Positions 35,716 through 48,700 of a stretch of 64,000 bases of DNA are shown here, piece by piece. The translations under genes and the position numbers were made by a program. The stretch's first letter is position 1. The number at the start of each line of letters is the position of its first letter. Under the pieces are notes generated by a model, which had not been told where the DNA came from, made no database searches, and was given only the letters and a program-made list of their open reading frames with translations. Origin of the DNA: Basidiobolus meristosporus CBS 931.73 (Eukaryota; Fungi; Basidiobolomycota); the NCBI GenBank assembly GCA_002104905.1, contig MCFE01000440.1:10275-74274 (forward strand). Direction: 5' to 3'.

Positions 35716-38700
35716 ATCTTACCACTGCTGACGGTAACAGAAGAATGGTTGGAGAATAGCATGCTTTGGCATTCAGTGTAACAAATGGGCTACAGCCAAA
35801 AAAGCCCCATGGACATTGTGCCCACTGAGGGTAATGATGCAGACCCCTCAGGCTCTCAGTCAGTTACGCAACTGGGAATATATGCAGAGCTGCAAGCTGA
35901 CCATATTGCTGAGGTAGATGAGAATGTAGCAAAAGAAGTATCTTCAGTTGAAGGCCAGCAAGTGGCCATTGTAGCATCACCACCCCCTGTATTAACATGT
36001 ATGTTGTCTGCTCATACCAAAGCATTAATGCCGCTGTGGTAGGGTAAACATACCTCCCACAGACAAGTTACTCATATAGTCATTATGATATACTTATCCA
36101 TATTTCATCTTATCAGTATTATCCCATTCTTCTTTTGCCCATATTATCAGTATTATCCCCATATGATGTTTACCCTGATTAGTTATTAGCATTAGTTATC
36201 CCAGATGTTATTCAGCTTTGTGATCAGTATGTATCTACATAAGGCAAGTACCCGCGTCAGCACCTGTGACACATGACCTAAGTCTGTGTTACCATCCCTA
36301 TCATTTCAATACCATATATGGTATTTCTATGTTGCACAGGTTTCAGACTACTGATTCCTGATTGGTTGAATGTGCTGTGCCTTTTAGAACCTTCCAGGAC
36401 ATTCTTGGCATATTTTTAGCTCATAGTGATGTCATCAAGAATTCCATTGATACCTAGAATCTTCTAGAACCTTGTCATTAGTAATCACTTGGCAATCAGG
36501 AAAAGTATTTAAGGGAAAGCAATCCCTCATCAATAAATCATCCCTTCTATCAGTAACACTCCTACCTTATTGATTAGCAGTAGATCACTGCACCTGCCTT
36601 CAACAGTACATCTCAGACCTGCCATCAAGGAGCTTTTCAGGGTAGTGCACAAGACACACAGAGGCCTTTGGAGACACTTGGAGCACCTAGGAAGCTAGAG
36701 AAGCAGGAGCTTTTACCATAGTGACATATTGACAAAGACACCAGAAGTTTAGACACAGAGGTTATTGCACCCATCAGACACCTCACACACCTTGAGTTGT
36801 GTAGCTTCTCCCAGGAGTACCTCTACACCACCACGCCGCAATTAGGTGCAGTGGCCAATAGGATATATGCATTGGCCTAGAGAAATCAAGAAATAGTCCA
36901 GAAACAGGATGAGAAGATAAAAGGTGCAGAGCAACCAACATTTCACGTAGGGAAAGCAGTATCTTTGCTCCAAAGAAGGAACTCATGTAGCTCAATGGCA
37001 CAGCTAAGAATTGAGCTGTTTCCCAATGTAACAGCAAAGAAGACCATACAGTCTTTGAAACACAACAATGGTGCCCAAATATAAAGCCCACAGGCAAGGG
37101 AGAGAATACAGTGTTTATGTCAAAGCCTAAAAATTACAAGATGTTGAAGATCCATGAGACCATTGTGTGCCATGATGAAGAATAGGCTAGTATTGAAGAA
37201 GCCATTAGAGGTCTATCATGTCAACACCTGAAGGCTGGCACGAATGGCTAAAAGCCAGTAGCTTCCTAAAGAGCCTGTTACAAGCAGGGCTGAAAACTCC
37301 AAACAAGCATCAAAGAGATGTCAGGTAGCCGGAAGAGTGCTAATAAGGGAAAAGCAGGCAGACACAGATGCACCAGCACAGCATTTACCAAGGAAAAAGT
37401 GTAGTTCAGCTCAAGAAGCACTTAGTCACAGTGGCAGTGAAGGACCTGGCAGTTATAAAAACCAGCAATTACCTCAAGAACCCATCACAGCATGGTCAGA
37501 GAGCTTAAAACAAGCAGGAATGAAGTGTCAGGTTGCCTGCAGTGTGCCAGCAAGTGACAAGCAGGCCAAAACAAAAGCATTGGAGCAGTGTCTATCAAGG
37601 AGAAAACATAGTTTAACACAAGAAGCACTTGGATAAAACAGCAGTGAAAGGCCCAGCAAAAATAAAGGAAAAGGTTAAGGAAAAAAGTGTACCCAAGCCA
37701 GAGAGAGGGAAGTGAGCAAAGCAGCAGTGATGGATCCTACAGTGATTATAACAAGCAGCTACCTTAGGAGCATGTCACAGCATGGGCTAAGAGCTTGACA
37801 TAAGCTGAAAAGAAGCATCCAGTTGCCCACAGAGAGCCAGCAAGGGACAAGCTAGCCAAAACAGATGCATCAGAGCAGCATTTATCAAGAAGAAAATGTA
37901 GTTCAATACAAGAAGCACTTGGACAAAGGAGCAGTGAAAGACCTAGCAATGATAACCAAGAAGGTAAAGGGGAGACAGTCTACCCAAGCCAGCAACAGGG
38001 AAGCATGAAAAAAAAGCGGCAGTTCTTGCTAACCAATACTGTAAGCCTGGAACAGACTGGGTCCAATCATAGCCAAGAGAATTCACCAACAGGAAAACAG
38101 CTGTTTTCACAAGAGGTAGAAGTGTAGCCTTCTGAGCTACACTCTAGTGAGGTAGATGAGTTTACAGGGAAAAGCAATTTGCCTACCACATCCTCCATGT
38201 CCCCAATTGTTGACAGAGTGAAGATATCACTGAAAGAAAAAGTAACAATATCAAGAACTCAAAAGAATATCACAATGCCTTCAGTGGAGTTTTGCAACAT
38301 TAATAGGCACATCAAGAAGTGGCAGCACATCCTCAAGAGCAGTGCTTGAGAAATTACACCTGAATATCGCAAAGATCTATTGCAATGACTGGTAGATGAG
38401 GTGCTAGACCTTGCAGTGCCATCTGATGACCAGGACATATGGGAGCCAGTGAACAAACAGTGGTATAAACTCATAGAGTTCCTGCCCACGTCATGGAAAC
38501 AGAGCATTGAAGCAGAAATGCATATTGAGTGGTGGATTTTAATGGTGTTGCTTGTTGAGTGTGGGGCTGGGCTTAATGTTTGTGTAGGGTATAGAGACTT
38601 GTATAGGTCAATTCAATTGGCAACAAAGGTACAACTGAGGTACAACTGAAGTTTTAACAGAAATAAATCAGTTTAAATTCACAAAATGTAAGAAGCCATT

Positions 38701-39209
38701 GAGTAAGAGAGTAATGCGTGTGAAAAGAGGCATTACCCAATCAATGCACACAAACATAGGAGGTGATAGAGTGTCCAGGATCAGAGAGTGAGGAAACTGG
38801 CAGAGAACCAATCTAAAGCCACTTTTGTATTCTTGTGATGAGTTACAACTGAGGTACAACTGAAGTTTCAACGGAAATAAATCAGCTTAAATTCATGAAA
38901 TGTAAGCAAAACTATTGAGTCAGAAATTAATGAGTGTGAAAAAGAGGCATTACCCAATCAAGGCACACAAACATAGGAGGTGATAGAGTGTTCAGGATCA
39001 GAAAGTGAGGAAGCTGGTAGAGAACCAATCAAAAGCCACTTTTGTAATGTTGTGATGAAGCATTTTGACTAAGTTTTTGTGAAATCTGGGGTGCAATTAT
39101 TTTTGACAGTCTTTGCACAGTATCCTGGTGGGATCATCACCTCTTAGTCATGGGACTTGCAATTTGTGGCAGGCTTTTGACAGGATTACTACAATAATTT
39201 CTCATAGGG
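35716..39209 (+). mobile_element. Family C copy C3, containing solo LTR E1 and ending in the TIR TTTCTCATAGGG
   Basis: Colinear with C1, C2 and C4. Terminal 12-mer at 39198-39209 matches the family D TIR. Confidence 0.75.
36036..36835 (+). repeat. Solo LTR E1 (~800 bp) of a further LTR family, TSD CCGC
   Basis: Starts TGTGGT, ends CCACG (CA>CG), CCGC on both sides. The empty site matches paralogous C4 sequence (tagtgaggcaatt) in length. Confidence 0.75.
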
Positions 39210-41275
39210 AATGGGATCTTGACAGGCTCATAGAGGGTATTGTTGTTAGGGAAGATGAGCTCACAATCAATCAGTGAGCCTGCTTCTGCAGAGCTATCAC
39301 TCCGCATGCCATATTCAGAATGCTGGGGTGAGCCTAAAGGTATCACAAACTCACCTGACTCAGTTTGCACATGGTGACAAGTCTGGCTAGGTGCCATTAT
39401 AGAAGTATCAAGGGGCTGGCAGGATATTGTCGCAACATTAGTGATTGGTGAATGGTCAAATATGACTTGTGTAGTAAAACACTGACCAGGATCCTTTTGA
39501 TAATTTCAATCCTGTCTGTATGCTTCATGACTAAGTGGCCTGCTATAATAGCCACATGGTCTTTTTTCTCTTCTCATATAGAGATGAATCAAAGTAGTCT
39601 TGTCCATGGGGCAAACAGTTTGACACTCAACAATGTAACACATATATATCACTTTTTTGTCAATACTTATGTGAATTCAAGACAGTCTGGTATTTGAGAT
39701 ATTGCACCTACATGCATGTAAGATTCAATGACAATTTGCCACAGTGAGCATAATAAATAAAGCTGTGGCACCACATACACATGTATATGTAACACCATTT
39801 TCCCATTAGTTTTACTCACTTCCATATATATGCAGCCAAATAATAAAGCAAAGTTGTCAGGTTCCCAACCAAACCCCACTGTTGACAGCAGCAGGAGAGC
39901 TGTTGGACAATACTTGCTTTGACATTCAGTGCAACAAGTGGGGCTACAACCAAAAAAGCCCTGTGGACAGTGTGCCCACTGAGGTAATACTGCAGACTCA
40001 TCAGGCTCTCAGTCAAGTAGGTGGTTAGAAATCTCTGTGGAGCTGCAAGCTGACTATAAAGCTTAGGCAGATAAGAATATAGCAATAGTAATATCTTTAA
40101 TTGAAGATCAGCAAGTTGCCATCATAACATCACCACCACCTTTATTAGGAAGTATGTTGCCAGCTCATACCAAAGCATTAGTGAGGCAATTAGGTGCAGT
40201 GGCTGATAGGATAGATGCAATGGCCCAGAAAAATCAGGAAATAGATCAGAAACAGGATGAGTGGATGAAAGGTGTAGAGCAGTCAATACACCAGTAGAGA
40301 AAGTAATATCATTGCTACAAAGAAGGAACTCAAGTAGCTCAATGTCAGAGCTAAGAATTGCATCATTTCCCAATGTAACAGCAGAGGAACACCATACAGT
40401 TTCTGAAACACAACAATAGCACCAAAAGATAAAGCCCATAGAAAAGCCTATCACTGCATAGGAGGGAGAAAATGTAGTGCTTATACCAAAGCCTAAAATC
40501 AAAAGACATTGAAGATATGTTAAGCCATTGAGTGCAATGAAGAGTGGACTAATATTCAAGAGGCTGTTAGAAGTCTAGCATGCTAACACCTTGAGGCTGG
40601 CATACTGCAGGACCATCAGTAACTCGAGGCCAAGCAGAAGGCACTTGACTTGCTCCAATAGCATTATCCTGAATTCAAAAAGCAAATGAATTTTGGCCCT
40701 GCTTTAGTATGCTAAGAAAGTATCTCGAGAATGGCTGAAACTATCAAAGGCAAAAGAATAAGGGTGCAATGGCTAAAAGACAGTGAATTCCACTTGAGCC
40801 CATTACAAGCAGGGCTGAAAGCTCCAAACAAGCATCAAAGAGACATCAGGTAGCTGGGAGAGCGCTAATAAGGGAAAAGTAGGCAGACACAGATGCACCT
40901 GCTCAATATTTACCAAGGAAATGAATAATTCTACTGAACAAGCACTCAGTGGAAGTATCAGTGAACCACCTGGCAGTGATAAAAACAAGTAGCCACCTCA
41001 GGAGCCTATCACAGCATGGGCTGAGAGCTTGAAACAAGCACAAAAAAAGCATCAGGTTGCCTGCAGAGTGCAAGCAAAGGACAAGCAAGCCAAAACAGAT
41101 GTATCAGAGCAGCATTTATCACAGAGAAAACATAGTTAAATACAAGAAGCACTCAAATACACTAGCAGTGGAAGACTGGGCTGTAACAAAGGAAAAGATA
41201 AAGGGAAAAAGTCTACCCAAGCCAGAGACAGGGAAGCATGAGAAAAAAGCTGCAGTTTGCACCAATTAACACTGT

Positions 41276-42809
41276 TGTAGTGGTGTAGAGGTACTCCTGA
41301 GAGAAGCTACAGAGCTCAAGGTGTTTAAGGGGTCTGATGGGTGCAATTACCTCTTGGTCCAAATTGCTGGTGTCTTAGTCAATATGTCACTATGGTAGAA
41401 GGTCTTGCTGTTCTAGCTTCCTGTGTGCTCCAAGTGTCTCCAAAGGCCTCTGTGTGTCTTTTGCACTACCCCAAAAAGCTCCTTGATGGCAGGTCTGAGG
41501 TGTAAATGTTGAAGGTAGGTGCAGTGATCAACTGCTAATCAATAAGGGAAAAGTGTTACTGAAAGAGGAGATGATTTATTGATGAGGGATTGACTTCCCT
41601 TAAATACCTTCCCAGATTGCCAAGTGATTGCTAATGACAAAGTTCTAGAAGATTTCAGGCATAAGTTGAATTTGTGATGACATCTCTATGAGCTAAAAAT
41701 ACACCAAGAAGGTCCTGGAAGGTTCTGAAAGGCACAGTACATCCAACCAATCAAGAACCAGAAGTCCAAAACCTGTGTAACATCAATAATATGGTATTGA
41801 AATGGTAGGAATGATCACAAAGACTTATGTCATATCTCACTGGTACTGACATGGGTACCTACCTAATGTAAGTGTATATACTGATCACAAAGCTAAATAA
41901 GATCTGGGATAACTAATACTAGTAGTTATTAGACTTGTTCCGTTGCATAGTACCACATTGAGCCATGAGTGCCAAATGATGCCATAGTGTGCCAAGGAGG
42001 CCAAGTGAGCCTATACTTGGCCACAGAGTGTGAAACACAGCTCTGCATCTTCATGCAAAACAGCCCCTGTGTTTCACCCATTGAGCTGGAGAAAATCCAT
42101 TTTCTGACCTTTTTTTTTAGATCAATGTTGTGCAGGATGTGTAAGAGCACAAAAAGATTTAAGACATGCATTGGGTACTCAATACCCATGGCACTGTGAA
42201 TCTAGCTCCTGTAGCTTGTATCATGTCACAAAAATGAATGGCACTATCTTGGTCCACTGGTACTATCTGGTACTATAAGTGCTTTATATAGGTTTTACTT
42301 TAGGGCTAATATTTAAATATAGTGCCAGATAGTACCAGTGGACCAAGATAGTGCCATTCATTTTTGCGACATGATACAAGCTACAGGAGCTAGATTCAGA
42401 GTGCCATGAGTATTGAGTATCAGATGCATGTCTTTAGTCCTTCTGTGCTCTCACACATCCTGAACAATGTTGATCCAAAAAAAAGGTCAAAAAATGGATT
42501 TTCTCCAGCTCAATGGGTGAAACACAGGGGCTGCTTTGCATGAAGATGCAGAGCTGTGTTTCACACTCTGTGGCCAAGTATAGGCTCACTTGGCCTCCTT
42601 GGCAAACTATGGCATCATTTGGCACTCATGGCTCAATGTGGCAATACACAACGGAACAAGTCTATTGAAGAATAACATCAAATGGAGATAATACTAAAAA
42701 TATGGGCAAAGAAGAATGGGATAATACTGCTAAGATGGAATATGGATAAGTACATGACAATAGCTATATGGATAAGCTTGTCAATGGGAGGTATGTTTAC
42801 TCAACCACA
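41276..42809 (-). repeat. Solo LTR E2 (inverted copy of E1, ~798 bp net), interrupted by H2
   Basis: Reverse complement of 36036-36835 with TG...CA ends. Flanks CTGT and CCAT are consistent with a decayed 4-bp CCGT duplication. Confidence 0.75.
41931..42663. mobile_element. 733-bp foldback element H2, TSD ATT
   Basis: Same length, termini and 40-bp spacer (42278-42317) as H1. ATT at 41928-41930 and 42664-42666. The empty site is visible in E1 near 36170. Confidence 0.92.
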
Positions 42810-43789
42810 CCATAAGCCCGGAAAAGACTGAATTCCTTCATAGCCAAGAAGAATTACCAACATGAAAACAGCTGTTTTCACAAGAGCTGGAAGTGTAGCT
42901 AAATGAGCTACACTGCAGTGAAGTAGATGAGTTTGCAGTGAAAGGCAATTTGTATACCACAGCCTCCACATCCTCTATTGCTAATAGAGTGGAGATCTCA
43001 CTAACAGATAATGTAGCAACATCAAGAGCTTGAACGGTTATCACACTGCCTCAGTGGAACTTTAGAACATTAATAGGCACACTAAGAGGTGGCAGCAGTT
43101 TTTCAAGAGCAGTACTGAAGAACACTCAATTGAACATTACAAGAATTTCTTGCAAAGACTTGCAGAGGAGGTGCTAGACCTTGCAGTGACAGCCAAAGAC
43201 CAGGACATATGGGAACCAGAGAATGAACAGTGGCATAAACCCAAAGGGTTTTTACCAAAGCCATGGAAACAGATTGTTACAGCAGAAATACTCATAGAGT
43301 GGAGGATTTCAATGGAGTTGCTTGTTGAGTGTGGGGTGGGCATAATGTTAGTGTAGGGTATAGGGACTTGTATAGGTCAATCCAATTGGCAACAGAGGTA
43401 CAACAGAGGTACAACTGAAGTTTTAACAGATATAAATCAGTTTAAATTCACAAAATGTAAGAAGCCATTGAGTAAGAGAGTAATGCGTGTGAAAAGAGGC
43501 ATTACCCAATCAATCCACACAAACATAGGAGGTGATAGAGTGTCCAGGATCAGAGAGCAAGGAAACTGGCAGAGAACCAATCTAAAGCCACTTTTGTATT
43601 CTTGTGATGAAATATTTTAACTAGGTTCTTTGTCAAATCTGAAGTGCAATTATTTTTTGATGGCCTTTGTATGGTGCCCTAATGGAATCAATAGCTCTTG
43701 GTCACAGGAATTAGACTTTTGATGACATTTTGATGGGATTATCACAATAACTTCTCATAGGGGAAGTTGTAGGGCAATAGCAGGCACTG

Positions 43790-44785
43790 CAAAAAGTTGT
43801 GGCACTTCCTCAATAGCAGTGCTCAAGAAGCTGCACTGCAATACTGCAATGACTGATTGTAAAGACTGACAGATGAGGTGCTAAGCATTGCAGTGCCAGC
43901 TGAAGACCATGATATATGGTACCAGTGAGTAACCTACTGTATTAAGCTGCAGGGTTTCTGCCAAAGTTATTGCAAAAAGGTTTTGTGGCTGATTCATTTA
44001 CTGAATGGTAGATTTGAGTGGAGTTCCTTGTTGAGTGTGAGGGTGGGTGTAATGTCAGTGATGTGTGTAGCAACCTGTTCAGGTCAGTACAATAGACAAT
44101 TAAGTTGTAATCAAAGACTGAACAAAATAAACCAGTTTGTGAGCATGAAATGTAAGAGCATTGGTATGGTCAGAAAGTATGGAGTGCAACAAAAAGGCAA
44201 TAGCCAGTTAATGTACACAAGTTCAGGAGGTTATTGAGTGTTAAGAATTATATAGTGCGGATTGGCCAAGTAGCTATATGATGCTACTTATCTTATGTTG
44301 TCATGAAATATTTGATAAGTTATTTGTGAAGTCTAAGGTGATGTTTTCTTGAGGGTCCTTGCACAATGCTTTCATGACATTAATACCTCTTAGTCATAGG
44401 ATACAAATTTTATGACAGCCTTTTGACATGATCACTTCAATTATTTGCATAAGGCATAAGTGCTGTTACTTTGCTCACTACAAGGAACTTTGCTTTAATC
44501 ACAATAGAGAATTAGGAGGCTGCCATGAAGCCATTGCCTTTTATGGTTGGCTCATCTACCTCACTGGAGTTTAGTCCAACCACCTGAGAAATCTAGTGGA
44601 AACAGCTACATCTTTTGTAGTAATCTTGGCTACAATCAGCATCAGAATGCACTTGGTTGATGGGGTCAGTTATAGAAAACAGTCATATTGTCTAACACTT
44701 CTCTGCCTTGGGCTTGAGCACTCTTCCATTACTTTCCCTTTCCCTTTCCAGCTATCAGAATCCTCACTGCTTCACTGGCTCAGTG
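43790..44785. repeat. Further family C fragments (plus strand ~43790-44440, minus strand ~44440-44785)
   Basis: gatgaggtgctaagcattgcagtgccag and aaaaaggcaatagccag blocks shared with C1, C3 and C4. Confidence 0.6.
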
Positions 44786-45572
44786 TGCTGCAATTTAAGA
44801 AGTGATTTGGATACATGGAACTCATCAGGAAATAGTGATAATAGTTGAACTGTTGTTAATCCATGAAGAGGATCAGTATTTATACCTTTGCAGAAGTACT
44901 CAGCTGTAAAACTAAGTAAGGAGGATTTCTTAGCTTTTGGGAGCATTTAGTAACAATTTCAGGGGTAGTACATAATGTTTGCTAAAAAGTGTTAATTTGA
45001 TCTTGACTATAGGGGAATAATCATAGAATCATAGATCTGCAGAAACTGGCAATGTTGGGGCTGCAAATATATCCTACAGTGACAAAGACTAGTCTAGAAT
45101 TGTTAAGTAGAATTTTAGCTGCTGAATAATACTAAGTTGTACAATATTTCAATGCTCCCCATCAACTAAATAAGTTCTTGATCCTAATTCCTCTCTGAGA
45201 CTCTTAATAGTGGTCTAGCTAGTGGTATTGTCAATATATCTGCCACCATTTTATCAGTTGGGCAGTAAACTAACTCTACTAAGTTATTTTCAACAGCTTC
45301 CCTCACAAAGTGGAGTTGTATATGTTGTAAAAATTCGTAATTCCACCTAAATATTCACCTAACTTAGTCACTTAGATCATTTCCCTCAAATTCTAGAGAA
45401 TACTGACCAAATTCCTTGTCGGGATTTACTTAGAATATTTTCACCAAAATACCAGGTACCCAGAACATGAAAATTCTCAAAGTTGTCCAAACAGCCCCAA
45501 ACTTTGCACACATGTTCTTGGGACCTTCCTTAACCTATTCTACGTGTTTGTTATGCCAAGACCATGTAAAAG

Positions 45573-45600
45573 TATAAATACTACTTTTACATTCAATAAA
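45573..45600 (+). promoter_or_regulatory. LTR TATA box (TATAAATA 45573-45580) and AATAAA (45595-45600)
   Basis: The same arrangement occurs in the family B LTR (TATAAATA 56511-56518, AATAAA 56534-56539). Function inferred from position. Confidence 0.55.
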
Positions 45601-45671
45601 TCATTAAGTGAAAACCACATAATCTACTTGTTCTCCCAATCACTTCCAATATCTCCAAGACTCTTACAACA

Positions 45672-45683
45672 GGTTATGAGCCC
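45672..45683 (+). other. Primer-binding site complementary to the tRNA-iMet anticodon stem-loop (half-tRNA type)
   Basis: GGTTATGAGCCC is the reverse complement of GGGCTCATAACC in eukaryotic initiator tRNA-Met. Also at 56610-56621 and 62722-62733. Confidence 0.9.
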
Positions 45684-45702
45684 CGAGCTGTCACTCTCTG
45701 CA

Positions 45703-48700
45703 ATGTCTACTACTGCTATTACTGGAATTTTTCCCTCTGCTGAAAAGTTGGATGGATCCAACTACCAAGTGTCGAAGGTGAAGATGAAGATGCTGCTGCA
45801 AGAAAGAGGCCTTTGGGATATTGTCATGGGAGAAGAATGCCCTCCTAAAAACGTGGGAGAGGAAGCCTTAAAGTACCAGAAGAAAGAACAAAGTGCCTTT
45901 AACTGCATTTGCCTTAATGTCAAGGACAAATTGCTAATTCAATGCTCAAGAGCAAAAACGGCAAAGAATGCCTGGAAAGCATTAGAAGACACCTACCAGT
46001 CATGTTCAGCTGCCAAGAAAATGTATCTGAGAAGAAAATTCTTTACTACAAAGATGCTGCCAGGAGAAGAAATGAAAAATCTAATTAACAGAATTACCCT
46101 GCTGGTAGATGAGATGGAATCGGTGGGCGTACCAACTACTGATGAGGATGTGATAGTTACCATCCTGAATAGCCTGACAGACGAGTTTCAGGGCCTTGTA
46201 TCAGCCCTAGAGTCCAGAACTGAAGATTTGACCTTAAATTATGTATATGGAAGGCTCCTGGATGAAGAATTAAGAAAATCAAGCGCCAATAAGAAGGAAG
46301 AAGAAAATGCTTTAATAAGCAATGATAACCAACAAAGGAGGTACCCAAGACCCTACAAAGGCAACAGCAACCTATTTTGCAACTACTGCAAAAGGAAAGG
46401 ACACACATCAGACCGGTGTTTCAAAAAGAGAGATTATCAGCAAAAGAAGCCTGAATATGGAAATGCTGCAACAACTGAAGATAGACTATTCATATCTGCA
46501 CTAAATATGACCACAAACAAGGATTCTCAGACGTGGTATATTGACTCTGGAGCTTCTCAACACTTTACACACCAAAAAGAACTTTTTACCCAATATCAAG
46601 AAATTCCAATTAAGAAGGTTTTCATGGGTGACGATAGAACACTTGATGCAGTGGGAGAAGGAACTATCCAAGTAAACCTTAGAAGCAGTGAAGGAAGCCA
46701 TACACTGACCTTTAAAGAAGTACTCTATGTACCAGAAATAGCCAAGAACCTACTCTCTGTAAGCAAGGCCACAGCAGAAGGACTCAGTTTCAGTTTTGAC
46801 AATTCTGGATGCAGGATCACTGATCAAAATGGTGCCCATATTGCTTCGGGCATCAGAGATCAGAATCTATACAAGTTGACTTATATTCCATCATATCTGG
46901 AAGCCAATATAAGTAACTTAAATGAAGAAACACCAATGCTTTGGCACAGGAGATTTGGACACATCAATTTTGATTATTTGCGTAAAATGATCAAAGATCA
47001 GCTAATTTCTGGAGTGAAAATTGATCCCCCAGCTAATTTGGAGCACTGTGAAGCCTGCATATATGGGAAACAAGCCAGACAACCGTTCAAGAGCTCTGGG
47101 TTAATCAAAACTAAGAAAAAATTAGATCTAATTCACTCAGATCTGTGTGGACCTATGCAAAATTTATCCTTAGGCGGGATGAAGTATTTAATCACTTTTA
47201 TTGATGATTATACAAGATACACATGGGTCTACTTCATGGAGAGAAAGGAAGAAGCTCTGTCTAAGCTCAGGGAGTTTAAAGCCATGGTGGAGAGAGAAAC
47301 TGGTGAAAAAATCAAGAAAATACGCTCTGACAATGGTGGAGAATATACCTCAAAACTCTTCATCCACTTCTGCAAAATTCATGGGATAAAGCAAGAGACT
47401 ACTGTACCATACTCCCCACAGCAAAATGGAGTAGCAGAACGAGCTAACAGATCAATAATTGATATGGCAAGATCTATGATCCATGATCAAAAATTATCCT
47501 ATGATTTTTGGGCGGAATCAGTTGCCACTGCTGTATATCTTAAAAATAGGAGTTATAACAGAATACTTCGTGATTCTACTCCATTTGAAGCATGGTATGG
47601 ATACAGACCAAGTGCAGAACATCTAAGAATATTTGGGTGTACAGCATATGCCAAAAAACTGGCCGGAAATCAGTCAAAATTTGAGCCAAAAAGTGTAAAA
47701 TGCATATTTTTGGGCTACTGCAATGAGAGTAAGGCATACAGACTCTACAATACCGAAGCAAAGAAGCTGATCAAGTCCAGGGATGTGTTGTTTGATGAAA
47801 ATTCAAAATTTTCACAAAAAATGACATCAGATGATGACAAAAATTTGATCTCAAGTCCACCAATTGTCAGGATTGAATCAGAGCAAAACAATGAAAATTT
47901 TTTCACTCCAGAGGACTCTACAACCGTGGTTCAGCCAGAATCAGTGCCCAGGAATATCCCAGAAGTGATCATTCCAGTATCAAATGCCCGGAGATCAAAT
48001 CGGACAAGAAATAGCCCAAATTACTATATTAATGAGGGTACAAACTTAGCCTATGCCTATTCAGTCCATATTGATGAACCCCAGACTGTAAAAGAGGCCC
48101 TAAATAGCCCTCAGACGAAGTTTTGGAGATCTGCAATGACTGAGGAATATCAGGCCCTGATGGAAAATCAAACTTGGGACTTAGTCAAATTACCAATCAA
48201 CCGAAAATCAATTGGATGCAGATGGGTCTTCAAGACAAAGTACAAGGCTGATGGTACAATTGAAAGATACAAAGCAAGACTTGTAGCCAAAGGATACTCT
48301 CAAACAAAAGGACTTGACTATACTGAGACCTTTGCACCGGTAGCCAAGTTTAATTCCATCAGATTAATATTGGCTATTGCAGCCAAATATAAGTTTTTTA
48401 TTCATCAAATGGATGTAAAAACTGCATTTTTGAATGGAGAACTTGATGAGGACGTGTATATGGACCAGCCTGATGGGTTTGTTGACCAAGATAACCCCCA
48501 TTTGGTCTGCAAGCTTAAAAAGTCACTATATGGTCTCAAACAATCACCGAGAGCCTGGAATTGCAAGATAGATTCTTATTTGGAATCTTTGAGTTTCAAA
48601 AGGAGTAATGCTGACTATAGTATATACTATAAGCCAGATAGAGCAAATCCAGTTCTATTAGCTCTATATGTGGATGATCTTATTATAGCCACCAATAACC

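Larger units (their letters stand above)
39210..43762 (+). mobile_element. Family C copy C4, containing E2 and H2 and ending in CTTCTCATAGGG
   Basis: Colinear with C2 and C3. TIR-like end at 43751-43762. Confidence 0.72.

Noticed and set aside
45544-45702. N-terminal extension of the 1367-aa ORF
   Set aside because: It begins at a non-ATG codon within the LTR and runs through the PBS. The first ATG after the PBS is at 45703.
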